Position numbers and translations under genes: made by a program. Positions 11,629-22,617 of a stretch of 24,000 nucleotides of DNA are shown piece after piece; the first letter of the stretch is position 1, and every line of letters begins with the position of its first letter. The notes under the pieces were generated by a model, which was not told the origin of the DNA, searched no databases, and worked only from the letters and a program-made list of their open reading frames with translations. The DNA comes from Deinococcus saxicola. GTDB taxonomy: Bacteria; Deinococcota; Deinococci; Deinococcales; Deinococcaceae. Where the stretch lies: the NCBI RefSeq assembly GCF_050341015.1, contig NZ_JBNADV010000007.1, positions 17,168-41,167 of the forward strand. Direction: 5' to 3'.

Positions 11629-13095
11629 TCACGACAGCTTCAGATCCAACCACGCGGCCCCCAGTTCATCGGACACGTCACTGGCGATCAGACCGTAGCC
11701 GCGCACACTGGCGGCCAGTTCGCCCGCGCGGGCATGCAGCCGCACCCCGGCCACCCCGGCACAGGCGGCTCTCAGGCCCTGGGCCAGCAGCGCCGCCAGA
11801 ACACCCGACAGCGTGTCTCCCATGCCCGCCGAGGCCATCCCCGGATGCCCGCCGCGCGACACGCTCAAGGTGTCGGCTGATGCGACGACGTTGGGGCCAC
11901 CCTTGAGGACCACTGTGCCGCCCAGCAACCCCTGCAAACGCCGCGCCGCCGCCAGCGGATCGCGGGTAACTTCCGGCGTTCTGACCCCCAGCAGCCGCGC
12001 AGCCTCACCAGGATGCGGGGTCCACAGACACTGCGGGTGGCCGTGCCCCGCCAGTTCGGGGTGCAGGGCGTCGGCGTCCAACACGGTGGGAATATCCCAG
12101 GCCAGCACCTCGCGGGCCACCTGCACGGCCTGCGGTCCCAGGCCCATGCCCAGCGCCACGGCATCGGGCAGGCCAGAGTCGCGCAGTTCGGGCAGCGCAC
12201 GGTCCCAGTTCGTATGCCGCTGGACCATCAGTTCGGGCGTGATGAGCGGCACAGCCGCCAGCGAGTGGACCATGACCAGCCCCGCCCCGGCCCGCAGCGC
12301 CCCTAGACCCGCCAGTGCCGCCGCCCCCACCGTGCCGGGGTGGCCGCCCATGATCCAGACCCGCCCCGCCGTGCCCTTGTGCGCCCCTGTGGTGCGGACG
12401 GGCAGCAGCGCGGCCACGTCCAGATCATCGGGGCGAATTCCGAGGGCTTCCCCACGCACCCAGTTGGGCGGCACACGCAGCGGGGCCAGCGTGACCCGGC
12501 CTGAGCGGGTGGCCGCCTCGCCGAACAACGAAGCGGTCTTGAATCCCATCAGGGTGATGGTCACATCAGCGCGCACGCTCAGACCTGCCACGTCTGCACA
12601 GGAGGCGTCCAGACCGCTGGGGAGATCGATGGACAGGACCGGCAGGCCCGCGTCATGGGCGGTGTTCAGCGCCTCGATCACCTCTGCCAGAGCCGGACGC
12701 AACGGCGGCACGAATCCCGTTCCCAGCAGGCCGTCCACCACCACGCCGGCGGACAGCGAGGCGCGGCGCAGTAAAGCTGGATTCAGGGGCTGGACCTCGC
12801 CTCCCACGGCCCGCAGGCGTCGCCGGTTCAGGCGGGTCAGGGGGTGCTTGGCAGGCTGGGCCAGCACGCGCACGGTCCGGCCCAGCGCCAGCAGATGGCG
12901 GGCGGCCACCAGGGCGTCTCCCCCATTGGCCCCGCCCCCGGCCAGCAGCAGCACGGGACCACCTGGAAATGAGGTCTGAACGGCGTCGGCCACCGCTCGC
13001 CCAGCTTCCTCCATCGTCAGGTCCAGCAGTCCGGCACGCTCCAGGCGGGCGTCTACCTGCCCCGCACCCTCTGGACTCAGGATGAATTCGCTCAT
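11629..13095 (-). CDS. nnr: Bifunctional NAD(P)H-hydrate repair enzyme (epimerase + ADP-dependent dehydratase), 488 aa
   Basis: An N-terminal YjeF-N pattern (LLLAGGGANGGDALVAARHL) is followed by the carbohydrate-kinase-like C-domain (HKGTAGRVWIMGG...VLKGGPNVV...GMGDTLSG). Confidence 0.85.
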   Translation of the reverse strand: MSEFILSPEGAGQVDARLERAGLLDLTMEEAGRAVADAVQTSFPGGPVLLLAGGGANGGDALVAARHLLALGRTVRVLAQPAKHPLTRLNRRRLRAVGGEVQPLNPALLRRASLSAGVVVDGLLGTGFVPPLRPALAEVIEALNTAHDAGLPVLSIDLPSGLDASCADVAGLSVRADVTITLMGFKTASLFGEAATRSGRVTLAPLRVPPNWVRGEALGIRPDDLDVAALLPVRTTGAHKGTAGRVWIMGGHPGTVGAAALAGLGALRAGAGLVMVHSLAAVPLITPELMVQRHTNWDRALPELRDSGLPDAVALGMGLGPQAVQVAREVLAWDIPTVLDADALHPELAGHGHPQCLWTPHPGEAARLLGVRTPEVTRDPLAAARRLQGLLGGTVVLKGGPNVVASADTLSVSRGGHPGMASAGMGDTLSGVLAALLAQGLRAACAGVAGVRLHARAGELAASVRGYGLIASDVSDELGAAWLDLKLS

Positions 13096-13100
13096 GCCCG

Positions 13101-13106
13101 CTTATA
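13101..13106 (-). promoter_or_regulatory. -10-like TATAAG, 5 nt upstream of the nnr ATG (leaderless-type)
   Basis: A near-TANNNT hexamer (last base G, not T) at leaderless spacing, no SD. Confidence 0.3.
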
Positions 13107-13185
13107 GCGCAATCGTCCCTTCAACGTCCCAAACATTCATCAGAGACAGCGCATGTAGCAGTTCAGCACTCCTGGCCAGAACTCA

Positions 13186-13321
13186 TACGGATTCCGTTTG
13201 TTTCGTTAACAAACCAGCACAGCTCCGGTTTGCCAACTCCACGCCGGGAACCCGTTTCTCTCCTTCTCGCGTCCGCTCGGATTTCCACCGTTCTTGCAAA
13301 CGATTCAAGTCGGAGTCCGTA
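13186..13321 (+). mobile_element. MITE-like repeat, copy 6, chimeric modules, 136 bp
   Basis: Same TIRs and core. The left module is A-like with a different loop (CAAACC-agcacagct-CCGGTTTG). The right module is a B/A hybrid (GGATTTCCACCGTTCTTGCAAACGATTCAAG). Flanked by TCA (13183-13185) and TCA (13322-13324). Confidence 0.85.
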
Positions 13322-13338
13322 TCATTCGGAAAAAGTCT

Positions 13339-14187
13339 TTATGTCACCGCGCCGCGCAGGGCCAAAAAGAGCACCAGGATCACCACGGCGATCAGCGCCC
13401 AGCGCAGGCCCTTGAACAACGGATTGCCCGCGAACTGCGCCTTGACCTCGGCGTCGGTGTCCTCCTTGGAGCGTTTCATGCCCAGCCGCTGGCCGCGCCG
13501 GATCGAGCGCACCGCCTCGGCCATCTTGCCCTGTCGGCGCAGCGCCACGCCCAGATTGTGCCAGCCGCCGTCGTAGTCGGGATTCAGGCGGATGACCTCG
13601 CGGTATTTTACCTCGGCCCCGGCATGGTCCCCGCTCTCGATATCCAGATTGCCCAGATTGGTCAGCGCGCGGTAATGCCCGGCATCGGCCTCCAGCGCCT
13701 CCTCGAACAGGGTTCTGGCCCCGGCACTTTCTTCCTGCAAGGCCAGCAGCACGCCCTGAATGTTCAGCGCCTCGGCGCGGGTCAGCGGCTGGGCCAGCGC
13801 GGGGGCCAGCCCGGCGGCCAGCACCCCTGGGTCCGGCTCCTTGAGATGGGCGTTCAGGGCGTCCAGCGCCTCACCCAGCGCGTCTGGATCGGCGGCGCGG
13901 CGCAGCACGCTCAGCTCGCTGGCGTCGGCTTTTCCGGCCAGCGCCTCGCGGTAATCGGCCAGCGCCCGCCGGGCCGAGGGATAGCGCCGCGCCCGCACCG
14001 TCTCCTGAAAGCGGAAGACCGCCTCCAGCGCTTCCTGAACGTCGGGTTCCGATTGTTTCAGGCGCGAGACGGCCAGCGCCCGCCGCCACTCTCCGGCGCG
14101 AATGACCTCATTCAGATCGGGCAGAGCAGCGGGATCGGCAGTGGGCTGAACAGGAGGTTTGCTGGCGGAACGAGCAGGATCAGACAT
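13339..14187 (-). CDS. TPR-repeat protein with C-terminal transmembrane anchor, 282 aa
   Basis: TPR-like repeats are present (AEALNIQGVLLALQEESAGARTLFEEALEADAGHYRALTNLGNLDIESGDHAGAEVKYREVIRLNPDYDGGWHNLGVALRRQGKMAEA). The terminal hydrophobic segment is LRWALIAVVILVLFLAL. Start set at ATG 14187, because the ORF-track 5' extension runs through repeat copy 7 and has low GC3. Confidence 0.7.
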   Translation of the reverse strand: MSDPARSASKPPVQPTADPAALPDLNEVIRAGEWRRALAVSRLKQSEPDVQEALEAVFRFQETVRARRYPSARRALADYREALAGKADASELSVLRRAADPDALGEALDALNAHLKEPDPGVLAAGLAPALAQPLTRAEALNIQGVLLALQEESAGARTLFEEALEADAGHYRALTNLGNLDIESGDHAGAEVKYREVIRLNPDYDGGWHNLGVALRRQGKMAEAVRSIRRGQRLGMKRSKEDTDAEVKAQFAGNPLFKGLRWALIAVVILVLFLALRGAVT

Positions 14188-14195
14188 CTGCGCCG

Positions 14196-14201
14196 ATGAT
14201 A
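14196..14201 (-). promoter_or_regulatory. -10-like TATCAT, 8 nt upstream of ATG 14187
   Basis: TANNNT hexamer, no SD. Confidence 0.3.
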
Positions 14202-14363
14202 GGCCCCAGCGGGCAGCAGGAGAGGTGTGGGCCTCGCATTCTGGCCTCCGGCCAGAGTTGGAGAGTTCTCCCCCAACAGTTCCGCCACTTGAGCAGGAGA
14301 GGTCAGGCCAGCCGCCCTTCCTCAAATCGGCAGCAGAAAGCTTTCGCATTGGGGCCGCACTTA

Positions 14364-14536
14364 TACGGATTCCGTCTGTTTCGTGCAGAAATCGGGACAG
14401 CGCCGATTGCCACACTCCACGCCCGGAACCCGTTTTTCTTCTGCTCACTGTCTTGTCCAGAACAGCGCCCATGAGGACGCTTGGGCGCCCGTTCGGATTT
14501 CCAAGTGTTTCCAACACCTTTCAATCGGAGTCCGTA
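14364..14536 (+). mobile_element. MITE-like repeat, copy 7, variant B with 39-nt extra module (173 bp)
   Basis: Variant-B TIRs, core and hairpins, plus an inserted segment carrying its own hairpin GCGCCCA-n10-TGGGCGC (14465-14488). Flanked by TTA (14361-14363) and TAA (14537-14539). Confidence 0.85.
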
Positions 14537-14539
14537 TAA

Positions 14540-14673
14540 TACAGACTCCGATTGAATCGTTTGCAAAAACGATGAATATCTGAGCGGAGCGAAAATGAGA
14601 GGAACGGGTTCCGGGCGTGGAGTTGGCAAACTGGCGCTTTCCCAGTTTGTTAACGAAACAGACGGAATCCGTA
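14540..14673 (-). mobile_element. MITE-like repeat, copy 8, variant A, 134 bp
   Basis: Inverted relative to copy 7. The left TIR has one change (TACAG). Flanked by TAA (14537-14539) and TTA (14674-14676). Confidence 0.9.
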
Positions 14674-14740
14674 TTAGATCATCCCACCAGCAACTCTCAG
14701 ATCAGCGCACCTCCCGGATCAGCGCCGTCTCAACCGAGAG

Positions 14741-15535
14741 TCACCCCTCGCCGGACCACATGCCCTGACGCTTCAAGGCTGCCACCAGCCGGGGTTCTCG
14801 GCCTTCCATACCACCGCCCCCGGCGAAATAGGCCCCCAGCAGTCTGGCCCAGTCGCCGGGCTGGCCATTTCTGGACGCGATGGGATTCATGACGTCCACC
14901 GCGTCGCGGATTTCCTCGTCGGTGCCCGCGTAGTACATGTCGGTGTGGATCACCAGCGGGCGGGGCACGCGGGGGCGGTGGGGCGTGTCCTCGGCGGACT
15001 GGCCGATGGTCAGCGCGGCGAAGGGCAGCACGCCGGGCGGCAGCCCCAGCAGATCAATCATGCCGTCCAGGCCGTTCATGACGCCGCCGATCCAGCAGCC
15101 CTGGTAGCCCAGCATCTCGGCGGCGGTCAGCAGGTTGGTTCCGGCCATCACCGCGTCTCCGATGCCGAAATGCACCGCAATGGCGGGCCAGTGCCCCGGC
15201 GTCTGTCCCGTCACTTCCAGCACCCGCGCCACCCGCCGCACGTCGGCACAGACCACGAACGCTTCAGAGGCAGTGGCGATGTGCGCGTTGGTGGTCAGGG
15301 TGACCATCTGGGCGCGGACCTCCGGGCGGGTCAGGCGCACCAGCGAATACAGTTGCGCGGTGGCGTCGGTGGGCGCACGCTGGGCGGCGTGCAGGATGGC
15401 CTCCAGATGACCAGCAGGCAGCGGCAGCGGCGAGCCGTCCGGGGCGGTCACATACTGGCGAACGGTGCGGTGGGCGTCGTAGAACGCGGTGACTTCTTGG
15501 GCGCTCTGGGTACGGGTGGGCATTGTCGCGGGCAT
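14741..15535 (-). CDS. Nitroreductase-family protein, 264 aa
   Basis: [46 protein letters not shown]...CWIGGV is a nitroreductase-fold pattern. The start is ATG 15535 or 15523. Confidence 0.75.
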   Translation of the reverse strand: MPATMPTRTQSAQEVTAFYDAHRTVRQYVTAPDGSPLPLPAGHLEAILHAAQRAPTDATAQLYSLVRLTRPEVRAQMVTLTTNAHIATASEAFVVCADVRRVARVLEVTGQTPGHWPAIAVHFGIGDAVMAGTNLLTAAEMLGYQGCWIGGVMNGLDGMIDLLGLPPGVLPFAALTIGQSAEDTPHRPRVPRPLVIHTDMYYAGTDEEIRDAVDVMNPIASRNGQPGDWARLLGAYFAGGGGMEGREPRLVAALKRQGMWSGEG

Positions 15536-15541
15536 GGGGGC

Positions 15542-15547
15542 AGCATA
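15542..15547 (-). promoter_or_regulatory. -10-like TATGCT, 6 nt upstream of ATG 15535 (leaderless-type)
   Basis: TANNNT hexamer at leaderless spacing, no SD. Confidence 0.35.
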
Positions 15548-15708
15548 GCGGGCAGGCGGGCGGCGAAGAAAAACAATTCCCACAGCCCGCCGATGCCCGG
15601 ATCAGCTTCTTCTCTTTACGTCTCTGCAAAATTTCTCTGGAAATTGAAATGCCCTGTTCCACTGTCGGCACCGCCGCGCTGATTTCAGGCTGCTGCGACA
15701 GGCAACGC

Positions 15709-16848
<1,140 letters not shown>

Positions 16849-16940
16849 AAAGTGACCGGAGTCTAAGGGTTCCGCCGTGCCGGGAGGTTAGCCGAAAGGT
16901 GTAGGCCGCTCACCTCGCAGCGCCTACGGACTGCCGCAGC

Positions 16941-17576
16941 CTACTTGGTGCCGTAGATCCGGTCCCCCGCATCCCCCAGGCCCGGCACGATGTAGCCGTG
17001 ATCGTTCAGGTGTGAGTCAATGGCGGCGGTCACGATCTCCACGTCCGGGTGATCGCGCTCGATCACGGCGATGCCCTCGGGGGCCGAGAGAATGCACATC
17101 AGCTTGATGGACTGCGCCCCAGCCTCCTTGAGGCTGTCGATGGCCGCGCTGGCACTGCCGCCCGTGGCCAGCATCGGATCGGTCAGAAAGACCCGGCGCT
17201 CGGCAATGTCGGCGGGCAGCTTGTTGTAATACGCCACGGGCTTGAGGGTCTGGGGATCGCGGTACATGCCCAGGTGGCCCACCTTGGCCGCCGGAACCAG
17301 GGCCACGATGGCGTCGGTCATGATCAGCCCGGCGCGCAGAATGGCCACCAGCGCCAGCTTCTTACCCGTCAGCATCGGGAACTCGCCCGTTTCCAGCGGT
17401 GTGGTCAGCGTCTGCGGGGCCAGTTCCAGATCGCGCATGGCCTCGTAGGCCAGCAGCATGCTGATTTCGGCGGCCAGTTCGCGGAATTCCTTGACCCCGG
17501 TGCCGGTATCGCGCATCAGCGAGAGCTTGTGTTGAATCAGGGGATGGGAGACTACCGTGACCATGGGGCTTACCAT
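16941..17576 (-). CDS. upp: Uracil phosphoribosyltransferase, 211 aa (207 aa if ATG 17564)
   Basis: [19 protein letters not shown]...LVAILRAGL...[14 protein letters not shown]...[18 protein letters not shown]. The 328-aa ORF-track version is a 5' over-extension. Confidence 0.9.
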   Translation of the reverse strand: MVSPMVTVVSHPLIQHKLSLMRDTGTGVKEFRELAAEISMLLAYEAMRDLELAPQTLTTPLETGEFPMLTGKKLALVAILRAGLIMTDAIVALVPAAKVGHLGMYRDPQTLKPVAYYNKLPADIAERRVFLTDPMLATGGSASAAIDSLKEAGAQSIKLMCILSAPEGIAVIERDHPDVEIVTAAIDSHLNDHGYIVPGLGDAGDRIYGTK

Positions 17577-17672
17577 ATCGCCTCGGCGCGGCGGCACTGG
17601 GATCAAGGGGGGCTGAGCAGAAGGGAGTCTGGACAGGAAGGGTCTGGGCAGGAGAGGAAACAGCAACCGGGG

Positions 17673-17678
17673 TAGGAT
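17673..17678 (+). promoter_or_regulatory. -10-like TAGGAT, 7 nt upstream of in-frame GTG 17686
   Basis: TANNNT hexamer. It overlaps ATG 17677, so the ABC gene may really start leaderless at GTG 17686. Confidence 0.25.
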
Positions 17679-18381
17679 GCGCCGCGTGACCGTTCCCGCC
17701 GCCTCCCCACCCATCCCAGCCCTGGAAGCCCGCGAGATTCGCCAGAGTTTCGGTGAGCTGACCGTGCTGCACGGCGTTTCCCTGCGCGTGCAGCCTGGGG
17801 AGGTGGTGGCCGTGACCGGGCCTTCGGGCAGCGGCAAGAGTACGCTGCTGCACCTGCTGGGCGGTCTGGACGTGCCGGACTCCGGCGAGGTCTGGTGGGC
17901 CGGGGAAAGAGCCGACACCCTGGACACGCAGGCGCGGGCGCTGCGGCGGGCCGGGCGGGTGGGCCTGGTCTTCCAGCACCACTACCTGCTCGAAGACCTG
18001 AACGTGCTGGACAACGTGATGATTCCCTGCCGTCTGGCCGGGCAGGGCGATACGGGCCGCGCCCACGCCCTGCTGGCCCGCGTGGGCCTGTCCGGGCGCG
18101 AGAAGAGCATGCCCGAGGTCCTCAGCGGCGGCGAGCGTCAGCGGGTGGCGGTGGCCCGCGCGCTGGCCTCCGGCCCGGCAGTGGTGCTGGCCGACGAGCC
18201 GACCGGCAGCCTGGACCGCGCCAACGCCACCACCGTGGCCGCCCTGCTGGTGGCCCTGGCCCGCGAGGAAGGTGCGGGCGTGCTGCTCGTCACCCACGAT
18301 GAACGTCTGGCCGGATACGCGGACCGGGCACTGCACCTGCTGGACGGACGCTTCACCGATCAGGAACCTGTTTACGGGTGA
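17677..18381 (+). CDS. ABC transporter ATP-binding protein (LolD/FtsE/MacB-like subfamily), 234 aa
   Basis: Walker [10 protein letters not shown], signature [15 protein letters not shown], Walker [13 protein letters not shown] and H-loop THD are all present. Confidence 0.85.
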   Translation: MRRVTVPAASPPIPALEAREIRQSFGELTVLHGVSLRVQPGEVVAVTGPSGSGKSTLLHLLGGLDVPDSGEVWWAGERADTLDTQARALRRAGRVGLVFQHHYLLEDLNVLDNVMIPCRLAGQGDTGRAHALLARVGLSGREKSMPEVLSGGERQRVAVARALASGPAVVLADEPTGSLDRANATTVAALLVALAREEGAGVLLVTHDERLAGYADRALHLLDGRFTDQEPVYG

Positions 18382-18481
18382 AGGCTCAAACTTATAGACG
18401 CAGTTTCGCCGCTAGGCGCCCACCCATTGCCCAGAACAGCGAGAAAAAACAGCGGGCCACCTGCGTCGCCGCGCTTTCTGA

Positions 18482-18490
18482 TGCCATAAT
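18482..18490 (+). promoter_or_regulatory. Extended -10 TGcCATAAT, 7 nt upstream of the asnS ATG (leaderless-type)
   Basis: TG-n-CATAAT ending 7 nt before ATG 18498, no SD. Confidence 0.4.
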
Positions 18491-18497
18491 TCCGCGC

Positions 18498-19841
<1,344 letters not shown>

Positions 19842-19847
19842 ACATCA

Positions 19848-19891
19848 GAGGTTCATCGGGGCCTAGATAGGAACGTCCCCCGATGAACCTC
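19848..19891. terminator. Convergent terminator hairpin between asnS and the lipid kinase gene
   Basis: GAGGTTCATCGGGG...CCCCGATGAACCTC is a perfect 14-bp stem with a 16-nt loop. Confidence 0.7.
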
Positions 19892-19896
19892 CCAAC

Positions 19897-20841
19897 TCAC
19901 CCGTTGAGCAACTTCACCACACCCGCCAACACCCGAACGCGGATCGCCATCACCTGGCCGTGCAGATCACCGTCCAGGTGAATCGGCGTGGGCGCGTCCC
20001 AGCGAATGACCACCTCGCGGCCCTGCGCCGTGTGGACCTGTGGCTGGTCCAGATGGGTGCCGCGCAGCACGCGCAACATCAGCCCCACCAGTTGAAAGCG
20101 GTTCATCGGGCCGCCCGCCACCACGTCCAGCAGGCCGTCGCGTGGGCTGGACTGCGGGCTGATCTGAAAACCGCCGCCGTAGCGCGTGCCGTTCATCACG
20201 GCCACGATGGGACTGAGGCCGCTGTAGAACGGTTGGCCGTCCAGCGTGATCTGCACTTCCGAGAGGTGCAGTTCGCGGACGGTGGCAATGGCAGACCAGG
20301 CATAGCGCACAAAGCCCTGAAAGCGGGCTGGAGCATGGGCCATATTGGCGGTCACCGCAGCGTCGAAACCCAGGCCCAGGCCATTCAGCAACACATGCGT
20401 GCGGCCCGCGCCGTCGCCTTCCAGAATGTGGACCTCCAGCGCGTCCACGTCGCGGGGCTGGAAGGTCAGGCGGTCCAGCGCCTCGGCGAATTGTCCAGTT
20501 TTGAGGCCCAGCATTCCCGCGAAGTCGTTGCCTGTTCCCAGCGGGACCACCGCCAGCGGGCGGCCCGGCCTGTCAGCAACCGAGACCAGCGCAGGCAGCA
20601 GCGCCCCCACCGTGCCGTCTCCCCCCACCGCCAGCACGCCGATGCGGGGTGGGAGGGCCTGGATGCGGGCCAGGGCGTCCTCGCCGCTGTCCTCCAGAAT
20701 CAGCTCGAAGGGCTGGCCGCGCCGCTTCAACTCGGCCTCCAGACGCGGCCACTCGCGCGTCGCCAGCCCCCCGCCCGCGTTGGGGTTGAGGACCACAGCC
20801 AGCGGGGGAACTGAGGATTCAGGTGCGCTCACGTCGGGCAC
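19897..20841 (-). CDS. Diacylglycerol-kinase-family lipid kinase (YegS/BmrU-type), 314 aa
   Basis: [23 protein letters not shown] and [11 protein letters not shown] are DAGK_cat motifs. GTG start, 24 nt after wecB. Confidence 0.8.
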   Translation of the reverse strand: MPDVSAPESSVPPLAVVLNPNAGGGLATREWPRLEAELKRRGQPFELILEDSGEDALARIQALPPRIGVLAVGGDGTVGALLPALVSVADRPGRPLAVVPLGTGNDFAGMLGLKTGQFAEALDRLTFQPRDVDALEVHILEGDGAGRTHVLLNGLGLGFDAAVTANMAHAPARFQGFVRYAWSAIATVRELHLSEVQITLDGQPFYSGLSPIVAVMNGTRYGGGFQISPQSSPRDGLLDVVAGGPMNRFQLVGLMLRVLRGTHLDQPQVHTAQGREVVIRWDAPTPIHLDGDLHGQVMAIRVRVLAGVVKLLNG

Positions 20842-20865
20842 ATCATACCCGCTGGGAGCGTAATT

Positions 20866-22002
20866 TCAGCCCCAGTCCTCCGGGCGCTCGATCAGCCCAA
20901 AATGCCACGCGATGGCCCGCGCGATGCGCCCGGCGGCCTGCCCGTCGCCGTAGGGATTGCGGGCCTCGCGCATCCCCTTCAGCGTTTCTGGGCTGTCCAG
21001 CAGGTGATTCAATACCGCTTCGAGCTGTGTAGGGTCATTTCCCGCCAGCTTCAACACACCTGCCTCCAGCCCCTCGGGTCGTTCGGTGACGTTGCGGAGA
21101 ACGGCCACCGGCACGCCCAGCGCCGCACCTTCCTCCTGCAAGCCGCCGCTGTCAGTCGCCAGCAGCACGGAGGCGGCCATCAGCGGGGCCATATCGCTGT
21201 AATCCAGCGGCGCGGTCAGCTCGAAGTTGGGCACACCCTCCAGCACCGGGCGCACCGCCTCCTGCACGGCGGGCGAGAGGTGGACCGGATAGATGAAATG
21301 GTGGTCCGGGTGCGCCTGGGCCACACGCGCCAGCGCCCGCGCCATCTCGCGCATCATCGGCTGGTTCTCGCGGCGGTGCATGGTCACGGTCACCAGGGGC
21401 TGTCCAGCGTCCACCCGCACCTGCCATTCGGGGCGCAGCGGCACGCGCCCGGCCACCTCGCGCACGGCGTCCACAGCGGTCTGCCCGGTGACGAAAATTC
21501 CGGCTTCGGGCTTGCCCTCGCGCAGCAGGTTGGCCTTGCTGCCGGAGGTGGGCGAGAAATCCAGGGCGCTCAGCACGCCCGTCAGGCGGCGGTTGGCCTC
21601 CTCCGGGAAAGGTTCGTGCATGTCTCCGCTCCGCAGCCCAGCCTCGACATGGCCCACCGGAATGCCCTCGTAAAAGGCGGACAGCGCCACGCAGAACGAC
21701 GTGGAGGTATCGCCGTGGACCAGCACCAGATCGGCCTCCATCTCGCGCAGCACGCGCCCAGCCTGCGGCACGATGCGGGCGGTCAGGTCCGCCAGAGTCT
21801 GGCGCTCGGTCATCACGTTCAGGTCCCGGTCCGGGGTCAGGCCAAACACGTTCAGTGCGCCGTCGAGCATCTGGCGCTGTTGGCCGGTGGAGAGGATCAG
21901 CGGCTGCAAACCAGTCTGGGCGGCCACTGCCGCGTAAACGGGGGCCATTTTGGTGGCTTCGGGACGGGTGCCGAAGGCAAGGACAATGCGTTTATCGGTC
22001 AT
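20866..22002 (-). CDS. wecB: UDP-N-acetylglucosamine 2-epimerase (non-hydrolysing), 378 aa
   Basis: [17 protein letters not shown]...[11 protein letters not shown]...HVEAGLRS...[10 protein letters not shown]...[15 protein letters not shown] lies upstream of the ATG. Confidence 0.9.
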   Translation of the reverse strand: MTDKRIVLAFGTRPEATKMAPVYAAVAAQTGLQPLILSTGQQRQMLDGALNVFGLTPDRDLNVMTERQTLADLTARIVPQAGRVLREMEADLVLVHGDTSTSFCVALSAFYEGIPVGHVEAGLRSGDMHEPFPEEANRRLTGVLSALDFSPTSGSKANLLREGKPEAGIFVTGQTAVDAVREVAGRVPLRPEWQVRVDAGQPLVTVTMHRRENQPMMREMARALARVAQAHPDHHFIYPVHLSPAVQEAVRPVLEGVPNFELTAPLDYSDMAPLMAASVLLATDSGGLQEEGAALGVPVAVLRNVTERPEGLEAGVLKLAGNDPTQLEAVLNHLLDSPETLKGMREARNPYGDGQAAGRIARAIAWHFGLIERPEDWG

Positions 22003-22122
22003 GGGACTTCCTTGTGAGAGACATCGGAACGCAGGCCGAATTCGGAAGACCAGCGCGGCCTGAAAATGACTGGGTTGGGCGGCGCTGCACGCCAGAAGAA
22101 AGGCGCAGCCATCCGGGCCAGA

Positions 22123-22612
22123 TTACAAGACATTCAGCACGTACAGCCGGTGCCTGCCCTTGAATCCACCAAAACGGGAAGTGAAGCCCTGCCCATATTC
22201 CACGCCCAGACCACAGGCGGCAAACATCCTCAGCCATTCCAGGCGCGAGCGTTCGCCGTGCGGGTGACCGAATTCCAGATTGATCAGCGCGTCGGTCACG
22301 CGGTCCAGACGGCCCGGCGGGGAGTCACCGTTTCCATTCTCCAAAACCAGCACAGGCCCGCAAGACACGCGCGCCGCCTCGCGCAGCACTCTCGCGCAGC
22401 ACCGCCGCCGGATCGGGGCAGTGGTGCAGCACGAAGGCCAGCAGCACAGCGTCAAACGAGCTGTCTGGGAAGAGCAATGTCGAGCCGTCACAAAGCACGC
22501 GCGGCACACCAAATTCACGGCCCAGCCGCGCGGCGATGGGATGTGCCACCAGCCCAGCGGGGCGTAAAGAGCAAAAATCACGCGCGGCCACACCATCACA
22601 CGCCACCATCAC
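22123..22612 (-). pseudogene. Class I SAM-dependent methyltransferase remnant (Methyltransf_11-like), frameshifted
   Basis: Frame A (22612-22325) carries LLFPDSSFDAVLLAFVLHHCPDPAAVLRE. Frame B (to 22123) carries VLREAARVSCGPVLVLENG...RSRLEWLRMFAACGLGV. The switch lies exactly at a 13-bp tandem duplication. No clear motif I (GxGxG) is left upstream. Confidence 0.7.
22378..22403. repeat. 13-bp tandem duplication CTCGCGCAGCAC[T/C] x2 inside the methyltransferase remnant
   Basis: 22378-22390 and 22391-22403 are identical at 12 of 13 positions. Confidence 0.85.
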
Positions 22613-22617
22613 ACGCC
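22591..22617. repeat. Perfect 13-bp tandem duplication CACCATCACACGC x2 at the hrpB stop / methyltransferase start
   Basis: 22591-22603 equals 22604-22616, and the next base also matches. The hrpB stop codon (22609-22611) lies in the second unit. Confidence 0.9.

Noticed and set aside
14700-14725. Direct repeat GATCAGCGC (14700-14708 and 14717-14725) downstream of the nitroreductase stop
   Set aside because: It is only 9 bp, GC-rich and with no symmetry or positional logic. It is compatible with chance.
15615-15631. TTTACGTCTCTGCAAAA as a possible radiation/desiccation response motif (RDRM, DdrO operator)
   Set aside because: It matches the outer TTACG...AA positions only. The central and right-half palindromic positions do not fit, and neither neighbouring gene is a typical DdrO target.
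16849-16940. GTCTAAGGGT in the upp/wecA-type spacer matching one unit of the coxL-coxM octamer array, plus a nearby GTAGGC...GCCTAC hairpin
   Set aside because: This is a single 10-nt match without the array or an inverted partner. The hairpin is short with no U-tract. There is insufficient evidence for a related element or terminator.
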